Shown here in pieces: positions 9,993-18,998 of a stretch of DNA of 64,000 bases. Where the stretch lies: the NCBI GenBank assembly GCA_963797095.1, contig CAWCNY010000002.1, forward strand, positions 128,001 through 192,000, in the 5' to 3' direction. A model generated the notes under the pieces. That model was not told the DNA's origin. It ran no database searches and was given only the letters and a program-made list of their open reading frames with translations. This DNA comes from an uncultured Chloroflexia bacterium. Its GTDB lineage: Bacteria > Chloroflexota > Chloroflexia > QHBQ01 > JADMIH01. Positions within the stretch are counted from its first letter, which is position 1, and each line of letters starts with the position of its first letter. A program made the position numbers and the translations under genes.

Positions 9993-10754
9993 TCAGCCCT
10001 CAGTCTTCTGAAATATCAGGATATACTGGTGTAATTGATTTGCTACGAACCTGTATGGGTAACCGAATGGGTATAGGCGCGGCGTTCGATCATACCATAT
10101 TTTACACCCGCGATATGCCAGGCCAGGTACCCTGGACATGACCACCACCAGGTCGGCATGGAGCATGTTGTGATGCTGCGCGGTAGGTTGGAGATCCTTA
10201 GCAAATACCACCATGTATCCTGCCGGTTTTAGCAAGCCTAATGCCAGGGTCAGGATACTGCGTAACTCGATCAGGAAGAGATCGTAGGGCAGATTGCCCA
10301 GGTCTCGTTTACTCATGGTAAATGGCGTAGCCTCGGCTGAGCCTGTACGCTTCTTCTTCTCTCCGCTTTGAGGGCGTCGCATCATATCGCCATAGGGAGG
10401 GTCGGTCAACACCAGATCGAATCGCCTGTTTGCTACCTCGGGGCTTCGCAACATATCGCGTGCGTCACCCACTAACGATATTTGTTGCGGCAGCTCCTCA
10501 AGTAAGGCCACCTGCTTGTAAATATCAACGTATTCTGCTGCCAGATCTATGCCAACTGCGTTCCGTTCGGCAAGTGAGCACCCGAGTAGCGTCCCACCTA
10601 CCCCCATGAACGGATCGAGCACCCACTCCCCACGCCTGGTGAAAAACTCTACGATGCGTGCCATCAACTGTGGAGGCTTCGGCGAGGGGTGTATGCGCCG
10701 CAACCGGTGACCGTAGGACTGCGGTCCCGAAGTCGGATAAGCCGTGGCCTCCAC
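9993..10754 (-). CDS. DNA amino-methyltransferase (N4-C/N6-A type); true start probably upstream
   Basis: VLDPFMGVGGT SAM-binding motif, TDPPY catalytic motif; frame stays open to 10871. Confidence 0.8.
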   Translation of the reverse strand: MEATAYPTSGPQSYGHRLRRIHPSPKPPQLMARIVEFFTRRGEWVLDPFMGVGGTLLGCSLAERNAVGIDLAAEYVDIYKQVALLEELPQQISLVGDARDMLRSPEVANRRFDLVLTDPPYGDMMRRPQSGEKKKRTGSAEATPFTMSKRDLGNLPYDLFLIELRSILTLALGLLKPAGYMVVFAKDLQPTAQHHNMLHADLVVVMSRVPGLAYRGCKIWYDRTPRLYPFGYPYRFVANQLHQYILIFQKTEG

Positions 10755-10916
10755 CGACGACAGAAAATGGACCCACTCACTTCCCGACAGATCGTTCAGT
10801 CTATTGCGTGGATCAGGTAGATTTCGGATTTCAGATTTCAGATCTCGGATCGAATTTCTCCAGGTGCCAGGTCACTCTTCACTCGTCAAGAATAAGGAGT
10901 ATGCAGAATGCAGTAC

Positions 10917-11987
10917 TCAAATCGTCACCCAGTACAGCATCTCGTGTACCGTCCCGTTTGTCTTATACCGCCGGTTATCTCCGTCCGCGTCAGAGCGGTA
11001 ACGTGGGTACTCACACGCGTACACCTCGACATTGCCACGCTGCGAAAGGATCTCAACGATCCTGTCATGCGGAATCAGCCCCTCGCTGTTATAACTCATC
11101 AGCATCCAGCGAGACTGCGCCGACGTGACCAGTTCCGACAACTGCTCTTCCGCCACACCGCTCTTGCAATAAGCCGAGCGCTGCCCGTTGTCGGCGCGCA
11201 GGCCCGCCACTCCGCGCAGCTCAGGCTCATCGCCCCTCGCCAGGGTCTCAAGCAGGTGATAATTAGTGCTGTATTGGCGAGAGTTGTAAGGAGGATCTAT
11301 ATAAAGCAGGTCGCACTCCTGGCCTAGAACTATTTCGTTCGCATCCCCCAGGTTCACGCTATGCGACTGCGCGCTATGTACGATGCCCGGTATGCGGAGC
11401 ACCAGCGGTTTGTGTGCTCGCCCGTCCCACCCCTTCAAATATGCGGCGTATGTGCCGGCCACGTTTGCCACGCGGGATACCGCCTCGATCAGTGCCGCCA
11501 CAAGCAGATATCGCTCGCTCTCGGTGAGCCAGCCCATATCCCACCACTCGCGTATGGCCCCTCTAATAGCGTCGATGCGCAGAGCATTGGCGGCTGTGAA
11601 ATAGCGTCTCCCCTCGGGGCCATCGGGTGAGTAGTGCCAATAGTAATAGCCTTCCACTCCGCGCAGGTTGTTCAGGTGCGAGATCACTCGTTGTAATGGC
11701 ATAGGCAGCACGATGTTGGGGTCCAGGACCCCCGCTTCCACGACCCCGGCAAACGACGGCGCTTCGTTCAGGCCGATATAGGCGTGCTGGAACGCATAAG
11801 AGTATGTCATCAGGTCTCCGCTGATGACCCGCCAATCCTGCCGCTTGAGATGCCGGGCCACTGACGTAGTGCCCGTAAATGGGTCGCACACACAAAGAGG
11901 CTGGTCGGATGTGCTAACCGCCCGGTGCATATGCAATACATCGTCAATGAAGTTGAGCAGACTCTCTTTGTTGCCTAGATATCGCAT
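10917..11987 (-). CDS. D12-class N6-adenine DNA methyltransferase (FokI-M-like)
   Basis: MRYLGNK start (ATG 11987), DPFTGTTSVA, DLLYIDPPYN. Confidence 0.88.
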   Translation of the reverse strand: MRYLGNKESLLNFIDDVLHMHRAVSTSDQPLCVCDPFTGTTSVARHLKRQDWRVISGDLMTYSYAFQHAYIGLNEAPSFAGVVEAGVLDPNIVLPMPLQRVISHLNNLRGVEGYYYWHYSPDGPEGRRYFTAANALRIDAIRGAIREWWDMGWLTESERYLLVAALIEAVSRVANVAGTYAAYLKGWDGRAHKPLVLRIPGIVHSAQSHSVNLGDANEIVLGQECDLLYIDPPYNSRQYSTNYHLLETLARGDEPELRGVAGLRADNGQRSAYCKSGVAEEQLSELVTSAQSRWMLMSYNSEGLIPHDRIVEILSQRGNVEVYACEYPRYRSDADGDNRRYKTNGTVHEMLYWVTI

Positions 11988-12036
11988 GATCTCAAGCCTC
12001 GGCCTTACCGGCACACCCTCACATGATTTTCGTATT

Positions 12037-12172
12037 ATGCCGTAAGTTGGATGGACGCGCAAGAGGGTCAGTTGTTAGAAGAGTTCAGGCTTGAGGCAGA
12101 GCAATTGCTAATGTAAGCAAGAAGCATAATGGGCAAGGCATCGGTCATGCGGGTCCATCCAACTTACGGCAT
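12037..12172. mobile_element. MITE-like element with 25-bp terminal inverted repeats
   Basis: ATGCCGTAAGTTGGATGGACGCGCA (12037-12061) vs TGCGGGTCCATCCAACTTACGGCAT (12148-12172), 1 mismatch. Confidence 0.6.
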
Positions 12173-12592
12173 CTTCAGGAAGGCGGACTGCTTGCCTACC
12201 CGGCTCTCAGAAAATATTCTTCCCACGCAATTGTCAATATTAGTTCATTTTTCGTACACACTTCCCTTGACATATACCTACTAATTTTGATAAGAATAGT
12301 ACTTAGCGGAGTTCTGCCTTCCGCAATGGACTGCGTCCAGGATTTGTCCAGGCACAAGCTCTTCATCACGGAAGGTATTACTCAGGCACCCGACTTCCTC
12401 ACCACATCCAATTGCGGCATATCCTTCCTGCCGCCTCTAAGATATCACCTGCTACCATGAGGGCTGTCTGTAGCTGCGTGTCGGAGCGGTAGGTCTTCGA
12501 AACCTATACTGAAACGGTGAGGTCCTGTCCCGGTTGGCAATCCATCAATCTCCAATTCGCTACTTATAGGACAAGGAAAGGAAAGGAAGCCC

Positions 12593-15500
12593 ATGCAAAC
12601 AGAGACAAAGAATCGGAAGCGCGCCGGTTCCGTCATCCTTATGCTGGCGGCCCTGCTCGTCGTTGCATTGACGGCAGGCCTGCTCAGCTCAGGCGTGTTC
12701 GGAACGACAAGCGCTACGCAGACGGCAAGCAAGGTTGCTCTCCAGCCTGCGGCCCCCGGCAACGTCAGCAATATGAGCGCTGACGTAAATGCTGCCGTCA
12801 AGCCCCAGAGTGACATCCCGGTTACTCAGGCGGGCCAGGTAACGGTTATCAACGCCACCTACGCCGACGTTTCCCCTCCTCTGCGTGACATACCTCCCGC
12901 GAAAGACGTGGTACATGCTGAGGAGAACGAGAACCCTCTGCCTTACAACAAGCCGAGCCAACCCGTTACAGACCCTGTGGTGCAGAACTTCTTCGGCCCC
13001 CTCGCAATGCCCACGCCTATCATTACCTGGGCGGGCATCCCCAATATGTGCGGTTGCTTACCGCCCGACACAAACGCCGACGTTAGCGCTGACTATGTGG
13101 TTGAGACGGTCAACTCGCATTTTGAAGTATGGGATAAGACCGGCACCTCTCTGCTAGGTCCTGTACCCATCAATACCCTCTTCTCGGGTACCGGTACAGC
13201 GTGCCAGACCCACAACGACGGCGACCCGGTGGTGCTTTATGATCAGCTTGCCGACCGCTGGCTGATCACCCAGTTCACATCGTCGTCTCCCTACGGCCAG
13301 TGCCTTGCTCTTTCAACTACGTCCGACCCCACTGGCAATTACTACCGCTACTTCTTCGCCCAGGGCAACCTCCTGAACGACTATCCCAAGTACGGTGTGT
13401 GGCCTGATGGCTATTACTTCACGGCCAACCGCTTCCTGAACGGTGTATCTTTTGACAGCCCAGTCGTTGCCGCCTTTGATCGCGCCAAGATGTTGGTTGG
13501 CGATCCCAGCGCTACTTTGCAAGAGATCAACCCCGGCAACTTCTTCTATGCAATCCTTCCAGCCGATATAGATGGCACTACTCTCCCACCGGCTGGCGCT
13601 CCAGGCATATTCGCCTCGGTGAGCGGTACAGTTGCCACCATGAGAGAGTGGCTCATGCATGTTGACTGGGTTACTCCAGCCAACACCACGCTCACCGGAC
13701 CCATCAATATTTCTATAGCTCCGTTCGATGGCGATATGTGCGGAGGCTCTCGAAACTGTGTCCCTCAGGCAGGTACATCTGCACGCCTCGATGCCATCGC
13801 GGGCCGCATCATGCACCGCCTGTCGTACCGCAACATGGGTGATCATGAAGTGATCCTCTCGTCCGGTACCGTAGACGCCAACGGCTCCGACTTGGGAGGT
13901 ATCCGCTGGTATGAGGTGCGCGACCCTCTCGGCACCCCGTATGTATACCAGCAGGGGACATACGCGCCTGATAGCACAACCCGCTGGATGCCCAGCATCG
14001 CTATGGACCGCGATGGCAACATCGCCGTCGAGTACAGCGCGTCTAGCTCCAGTATCAACCCGGCGATCCGGTATGCCGGTCGTCTCGCGACCGATCCTCT
14101 GGGCGAGTTGACCCAGGGTGAGACTACCCTCTTTGCGGGCACCGGCTCGCAGACAAGCACAAGCGGGCGGTGGGGTGACTATTCATCTCTCATGCTTGAT
14201 CCGTCCGACGACTGCACCTTCTGGGCCGCCAACGAATACTACGTGACTACCAGTGGTGCTGGCTGGGCGACCCGCATCGGCTCCTTCAAGTTCCCCGGTT
14301 GTGGTTCTACCACCCCCACGCCGACCGTTACGGGCACACCTCCAACCGCTACCAACACCCCTACCCAGATCCCCACAGCCACCCCCGTGCCCACTGAGTG
14401 CCGCAACTACGACTATGCTACCGCCACCGACACCATCACGGCAGACATTACCAATGATGTAGGTATACATTGCGATGACTGCGGCATCTATGCGGCGCTG
14501 CCATTCCCGATCCAGTTCTACAACCAGACGTTCGACAACATCGCCTTTAGCTCTAATGGTGCGGTTCAGTTCGGTTCCAGTGACTACTCTTTCGGGAACG
14601 ACTGCTTGCCCGTGCCTGTGGTTGACTACGGTATCTTCCCGTGGTGGGATGATATGGTAACTGATGGAGCGGGCGAAGGCATATTCACCTCGGTTACAGG
14701 CGTAACGCCGAGCCGTGTCTACCACGTAGAGCTTAAGCTGGAATCGCTAAGTGATGGCGGGCTTGTAGATGTAGAAGTGCGTTTGCATGAAGATACAAGC
14801 AACTTCGAGATCGTCTATGGGCCAATCACCACTGACTCGATCTACGCAACCATTGGTTCCCAGGCCACCTATGCTTCCGGCGCCTATACGGAGGTATCGT
14901 GCAACACAACGGGCATTGCTGAGGGCATGAGGCTCAACTTCACCCTTGCAGCCTGCCCTGCCACTTCCACCCCCACTGTTACAGATACCCCCGTGCCTAC
15001 CGATACCCCCGTGCCTACCGACACCTCTGTGCCGACTGACACACCAACCTCGCCACCTGGAGCGACCAATACCTCAACCCCGGTAGCCACTGACACTCCT
15101 CCTCCTGGTGGTGCTACTGCTACCCCCACTGCCTGCCTCATCTCCTTCACTGACGTGCCCCCAGGCTCTACCTTCTACGACTACATCAGGTGCATGGCAT
15201 GTAGGGGCATCATCAACGGCTACACCTCAGGGTGCGAGAGCGGCAACCCATGCTTCCGCCCCAACAACAACGTCACAAGGGGCCAGCTATCCAAGATAGT
15301 GTCCAACTCAGCAGGCTACAATGATGACCCAGGTCCCCAGCGCTTTGAGGATGTGCCTCTTGGCTCAACCTTCTACGACTTCATAGGGAGGCTGGCCAGT
15401 AGAAACATCATCGCAGGGTACCCATGCGGAGGACCTGGTGAACCGTGCGTGGGCCCAGGGAACCTGCCGTACTTCAGACCCAATGCCAACATCACAAGGG

Positions 15501-15781
15501 GACAGATCTCCAAGATAGTGTCAGAGGCAGCGGGGTACTCGGACCCGGTAGGAGACCAGCAGTTCCAGGACGTACTGCCAGGGTCAACCTTCTACGACTG
15601 GATATGGAGGCTGACAGACCGGGGCATCATGAATGGCTACCCATGCGGAGGTCCTGGTGAACCGTGTGTAGGCCCTGCCAACCTGCCATACTTCAGACCT
15701 GGAGCCAACGCGACGAGAGGGCAAGCCTCCAAGATAGTGGCTAACACCTTCTTGCCTGCCTGCTATACCCCTCTCAAGTAA
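12593..15781 (+). CDS. Secreted surface protein: 'PPD...RWGDY' domain, extra beta-rich domain, 3x Cys-loop SLH
   Basis: Signal peptide, paralogous to 1909-4506, extra domain between two Thr/Pro linkers. Confidence 0.85.
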   Translation: MQTETKNRKRAGSVILMLAALLVVALTAGLLSSGVFGTTSATQTASKVALQPAAPGNVSNMSADVNAAVKPQSDIPVTQAGQVTVINATYADVSPPLRDIPPAKDVVHAEENENPLPYNKPSQPVTDPVVQNFFGPLAMPTPIITWAGIPNMCGCLPPDTNADVSADYVVETVNSHFEVWDKTGTSLLGPVPINTLFSGTGTACQTHNDGDPVVLYDQLADRWLITQFTSSSPYGQCLALSTTSDPTGNYYRYFFAQGNLLNDYPKYGVWPDGYYFTANRFLNGVSFDSPVVAAFDRAKMLVGDPSATLQEINPGNFFYAILPADIDGTTLPPAGAPGIFASVSGTVATMREWLMHVDWVTPANTTLTGPINISIAPFDGDMCGGSRNCVPQAGTSARLDAIAGRIMHRLSYRNMGDHEVILSSGTVDANGSDLGGIRWYEVRDPLGTPYVYQQGTYAPDSTTRWMPSIAMDRDGNIAVEYSASSSSINPAIRYAGRLATDPLGELTQGETTLFAGTGSQTSTSGRWGDYSSLMLDPSDDCTFWAANEYYVTTSGAGWATRIGSFKFPGCGSTTPTPTVTGTPPTATNTPTQIPTATPVPTECRNYDYATATDTITADITNDVGIHCDDCGIYAALPFPIQFYNQTFDNIAFSSNGAVQFGSSDYSFGNDCLPVPVVDYGIFPWWDDMVTDGAGEGIFTSVTGVTPSRVYHVELKLESLSDGGLVDVEVRLHEDTSNFEIVYGPITTDSIYATIGSQATYASGAYTEVSCNTTGIAEGMRLNFTLAACPATSTPTVTDTPVPTDTPVPTDTSVPTDTPTSPPGATNTSTPVATDTPPPGGATATPTACLISFTDVPPGSTFYDYIRCMACRGIINGYTSGCESGNPCFRPNNNVTRGQLSKIVSNSAGYNDDPGPQRFEDVPLGSTFYDFIGRLASRNIIAGYPCGGPGEPCVGPGNLPYFRPNANITRGQISKIVSEAAGYSDPVGDQQFQDVLPGSTFYDWIWRLTDRGIMNGYPCGGPGEPCVGPANLPYFRPGANATRGQASKIVANTFLPACYTPLK
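15053..15768 (+). repeat. Second copy of the linker/SLH cassette
   Basis: Near-identical to 3778-4493. Confidence 0.9.
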
Positions 15782-16111
15782 AATCGCGCCGGTTCTGAAC
15801 GTGGAACATGACGGTTAACTGATAGTTCCTAGAGAGAAGAGAGTCTGTGATAGGCATTGTCGCCAGACACTCGCAGACCCTCTTCTCTGCTCCAATAATG
15901 TTCTTTGCCTATAATGGCATTGCAAACATACCTTGTGGATATTTTGCAGGTCGCTTTACTGTGCTGACCTGGTAGGATATCATGCGTAGAGCAACTTATC
16001 CTGTTACAATCGAATATGGGAAATAGAGGTCGTTTAGTCGTTACGTTTCGGTGGTCATAGTTTCGGAGCATTATCTGAGGTAATGGCCTGACAATAAAGG
16101 AAGGAGCAAAC

Positions 16112-18688
16112 ATGTTACGTTTAGAGAAACGCGTTCCAGGCAACTGGCGAAGGGGACTTATCGCCCTTCTTGCCTTATCCGCAATCGTGCTGCTATCGGT
16201 GAGCGTTGCCAGTGCTGGCGTCCCAACGGGCACATCCTCCGCAGCGCAGGGCAAAGAGCGAATGTCGACTGCGGCCAATGTAGGGCCTGTTGTCGAGCGA
16301 GATTTGAAGCACGATGTTTCACCACCCCTGCGCGACATTCCTCCAGTAGCCGCCCAGCCCATGTCCGGCGAGCGGGAGATTAGACGCCATGCACCCCCCA
16401 ACCCTGCCAACGAGTATAGCGATCCCGTAGTGCAGTGGGCCTGGGGGCCGTTGGCTATGCCGACACCTATAATAACCTTCGCCGGTATTAACTCCACGGA
16501 ATCGCCGTGCGGTTGTCTTCCCCCTGATACCAACGGAGAGGCGGGACCCAATCATTATGTGCAGATTGTGAACACAGCCTTCCGGGTGTACAGCAAGTCT
16601 ACAGGGGCACCTCTTGGCCCCGTCACGGCAATCAATACGCTGTGGTCGGGCTTCGGAGGGCCCTGCCAGACGCGCAACGACGGCGACCCCGTCCTCAAGT
16701 ATGACGAGCTTGCCGACCGCTGGGTGGTCAGCCAGTTTACCACTGCCCCACCATTTAACGAGTGTATCGCCGTTTCGACCTCAGGCGATCCGCTCGGCAG
16801 TTACAACCGCTACGCATTTGCTCTTCATGAGAGCGCTTCCCGCTTCGGTGACTACCCCAAGATAGGGGTGTGGCCGGATGCTTACTATATGTCGGACAAC
16901 GAGTTCAACACTTCCGGCACACAGTGGCTGGGCGCAGGCAACTATGCTTTCGACCGCACGCAAATGCTCCTGGGCAGCACTGCTACCTATGTCTACTTCG
17001 GCCTGCCACCGGAAGATTGGGGCGGACAACAACCCTCCGACTGGGATGGATCCACACCGCCGCCTGCGGGCGCTCCCAACATGTTCATGGAAGTAGACGA
17101 CTCGGCCTGGGACCCGCCCAACATCCCAACCGACCAGATACAGATGTGGCGCTTCCACGTGGACTTCGCCACCCCTGCGAATTCAACTTTCACACCTTTG
17201 GCCCCGATCGTGCCGCCCGATCTCGCCCCCTTTGATGGACTTCTGTGCGACTTCGCCTCGTGCGTGCCGCAACCGGGCACCTCACAACTGCTCGATACCC
17301 TGTCCGACCGCCTGATGTACAGGGTCGCGTACCGCAACTTCGGAGATCACGAGTTGATCGTGTTCAACCATACAGTAGATGTTGCCACCAACAAATCGGC
17401 CATCCGCTGGTACGAAATACGCGGCATCAGCGGCACACCGAGCATATTCCAGCAAGGGACATACGACCCAACCACCGACCAACACTGGATGGGAAGCATG
17501 GCTATGGACCAATCGGGCGATATAGCCCTGGGTTATAGTGTCTCCAGCACCTCGACCTTCCCATCCATACGGTATACAGGTCGTATGCCAGGTGACCCAC
17601 TGGGCACTTTGCCGCAAGGCGAGGCCACCATCATAAACGGTACCGGATCGCAAACTCATTCGGCGGGCCGGTGGGGCGACTATAGCGCGCTTGTGCTGGA
17701 CCCGGTAGATGATTGTACCTTCTGGTACACCACCGAGTATCTGATTACAACTTCCAGCGCCAACTGGCAGACGCGCATTGGCTCGTTCAAGTTCCCCGGT
17801 TGCGGGGCAGCCACACCTACCCCCACGGCTACAGATACTCCTGTCGCGCCTACCAGTACACCCACCTCTACTCCCACTAATACACCGCTTGTCACCACAA
17901 CCTCCATGCCCACAGACACGAATACTCCAATCCCTGGGGTGACAGATACACCGACCACACCGCCGGAAGTGACCAACACCTCAACCCCGGTAGCCACTGA
18001 CACTCCTCCTCCTGGTGGTGCTACTGCTACCCCCACTGCCTGCCTCATCTCCTTCACTGACGTGCCCCCAGGCTCTACCTTCTACGACTACATCAGGTGC
18101 ATGGCATGTAGGGGCATCATCAACGGCTACACCTCAGGGTGCGAGAGCGGCAACCCTTGCTTCAAGCCCAATAACAACGTCACACGGGGCCAGCTATCCA
18201 AGATAGTGTCCAACTCAGCTGGCTTTGACGATGACCCAGGTCCCCAGCGCTTCGAGGATGTGCCACTCGGTTCAACCTTCTACGACTTCATAGGGAGGCT
18301 GGCCAGCCGCGACATCATCGCAGGGTACCCATGTGGAGGACCAGGAGAGCCATGTGTAGGCCCAGGGAACCTGCCGTACTTCAGACCGAATGCCAACGTG
18401 ACGAGAGGACAGATCTCCAAGATAGTGTCAGAGGCAGCGGGGTACTCGGACCCGGTAGGAGACCAGCAGTTCCAGGACGTACTGCCAGGGTCAACCTTCT
18501 ACGACTGGATATGGAGGCTGACAGACCGGGGCATCATGAACGGGTACGCATGTGGAGGAGTGGGAGAGCCATGTGTAGGCCCTGCCAACCTGCCATACTT
18601 CAGGCCAGGAGCCAATGCGACGAGAGGGCAAGCCTCCAAGATAGTGGCTAACACCTTCTTGCCTGGCTGCTATACCCCTCTCAAATAA
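16112..18688 (+). CDS. Secreted surface protein: 'PPD...RWGDY' domain, 3x Cys-loop SLH
   Basis: AAGGAG RBS, signal peptide, third paralog; cassette ~17971-18688 is mosaic with the other copies. Confidence 0.85.
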   Translation: MLRLEKRVPGNWRRGLIALLALSAIVLLSVSVASAGVPTGTSSAAQGKERMSTAANVGPVVERDLKHDVSPPLRDIPPVAAQPMSGEREIRRHAPPNPANEYSDPVVQWAWGPLAMPTPIITFAGINSTESPCGCLPPDTNGEAGPNHYVQIVNTAFRVYSKSTGAPLGPVTAINTLWSGFGGPCQTRNDGDPVLKYDELADRWVVSQFTTAPPFNECIAVSTSGDPLGSYNRYAFALHESASRFGDYPKIGVWPDAYYMSDNEFNTSGTQWLGAGNYAFDRTQMLLGSTATYVYFGLPPEDWGGQQPSDWDGSTPPPAGAPNMFMEVDDSAWDPPNIPTDQIQMWRFHVDFATPANSTFTPLAPIVPPDLAPFDGLLCDFASCVPQPGTSQLLDTLSDRLMYRVAYRNFGDHELIVFNHTVDVATNKSAIRWYEIRGISGTPSIFQQGTYDPTTDQHWMGSMAMDQSGDIALGYSVSSTSTFPSIRYTGRMPGDPLGTLPQGEATIINGTGSQTHSAGRWGDYSALVLDPVDDCTFWYTTEYLITTSSANWQTRIGSFKFPGCGAATPTPTATDTPVAPTSTPTSTPTNTPLVTTTSMPTDTNTPIPGVTDTPTTPPEVTNTSTPVATDTPPPGGATATPTACLISFTDVPPGSTFYDYIRCMACRGIINGYTSGCESGNPCFKPNNNVTRGQLSKIVSNSAGFDDDPGPQRFEDVPLGSTFYDFIGRLASRDIIAGYPCGGPGEPCVGPGNLPYFRPNANVTRGQISKIVSEAAGYSDPVGDQQFQDVLPGSTFYDWIWRLTDRGIMNGYACGGVGEPCVGPANLPYFRPGANATRGQASKIVANTFLPGCYTPLK

Positions 18689-18730
18689 CACCGGAATCAA
18701 CTGGACCAGCCCCCAGACGGTACTGGATAC

Positions 18731-18762
18731 GAGAAGCCTCCCCATGCTCGGGGAGGCTTCTC
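18731..18762 (+). terminator. Terminator-like hairpin
   Basis: GAGAAGCCTCCCC-N6-GGGGAGGCTTCTC. Confidence 0.7.
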
Positions 18763-18998
18763 CCTTATGAGAACGTTACGCTATATATCTGAGAATGGGC
18801 TATGATCCGAGGCTCTTCGCCTGTTCTGCAGAACCTTTCAGGATCCCTCCATCGAATTGCTCTTGTCATAAAACACGCGATCGAGTATATAAGTGATCAT
18901 TATCTACTGCCACCGGCCCAGGGTTGGGCGTTTCCATATGGCTGGCTGGTGGGTCTTTATTGTCTTCTAAAGAAATCTGGAGAGGGAGGTATCATATC

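Noticed and set aside
3778-18688. Diversity-generating retroelement TR/VR pair among the SLH repeats
   Set aside because: Differences are few, mostly synonymous and not adenine-specific; no reverse transcriptase in the window
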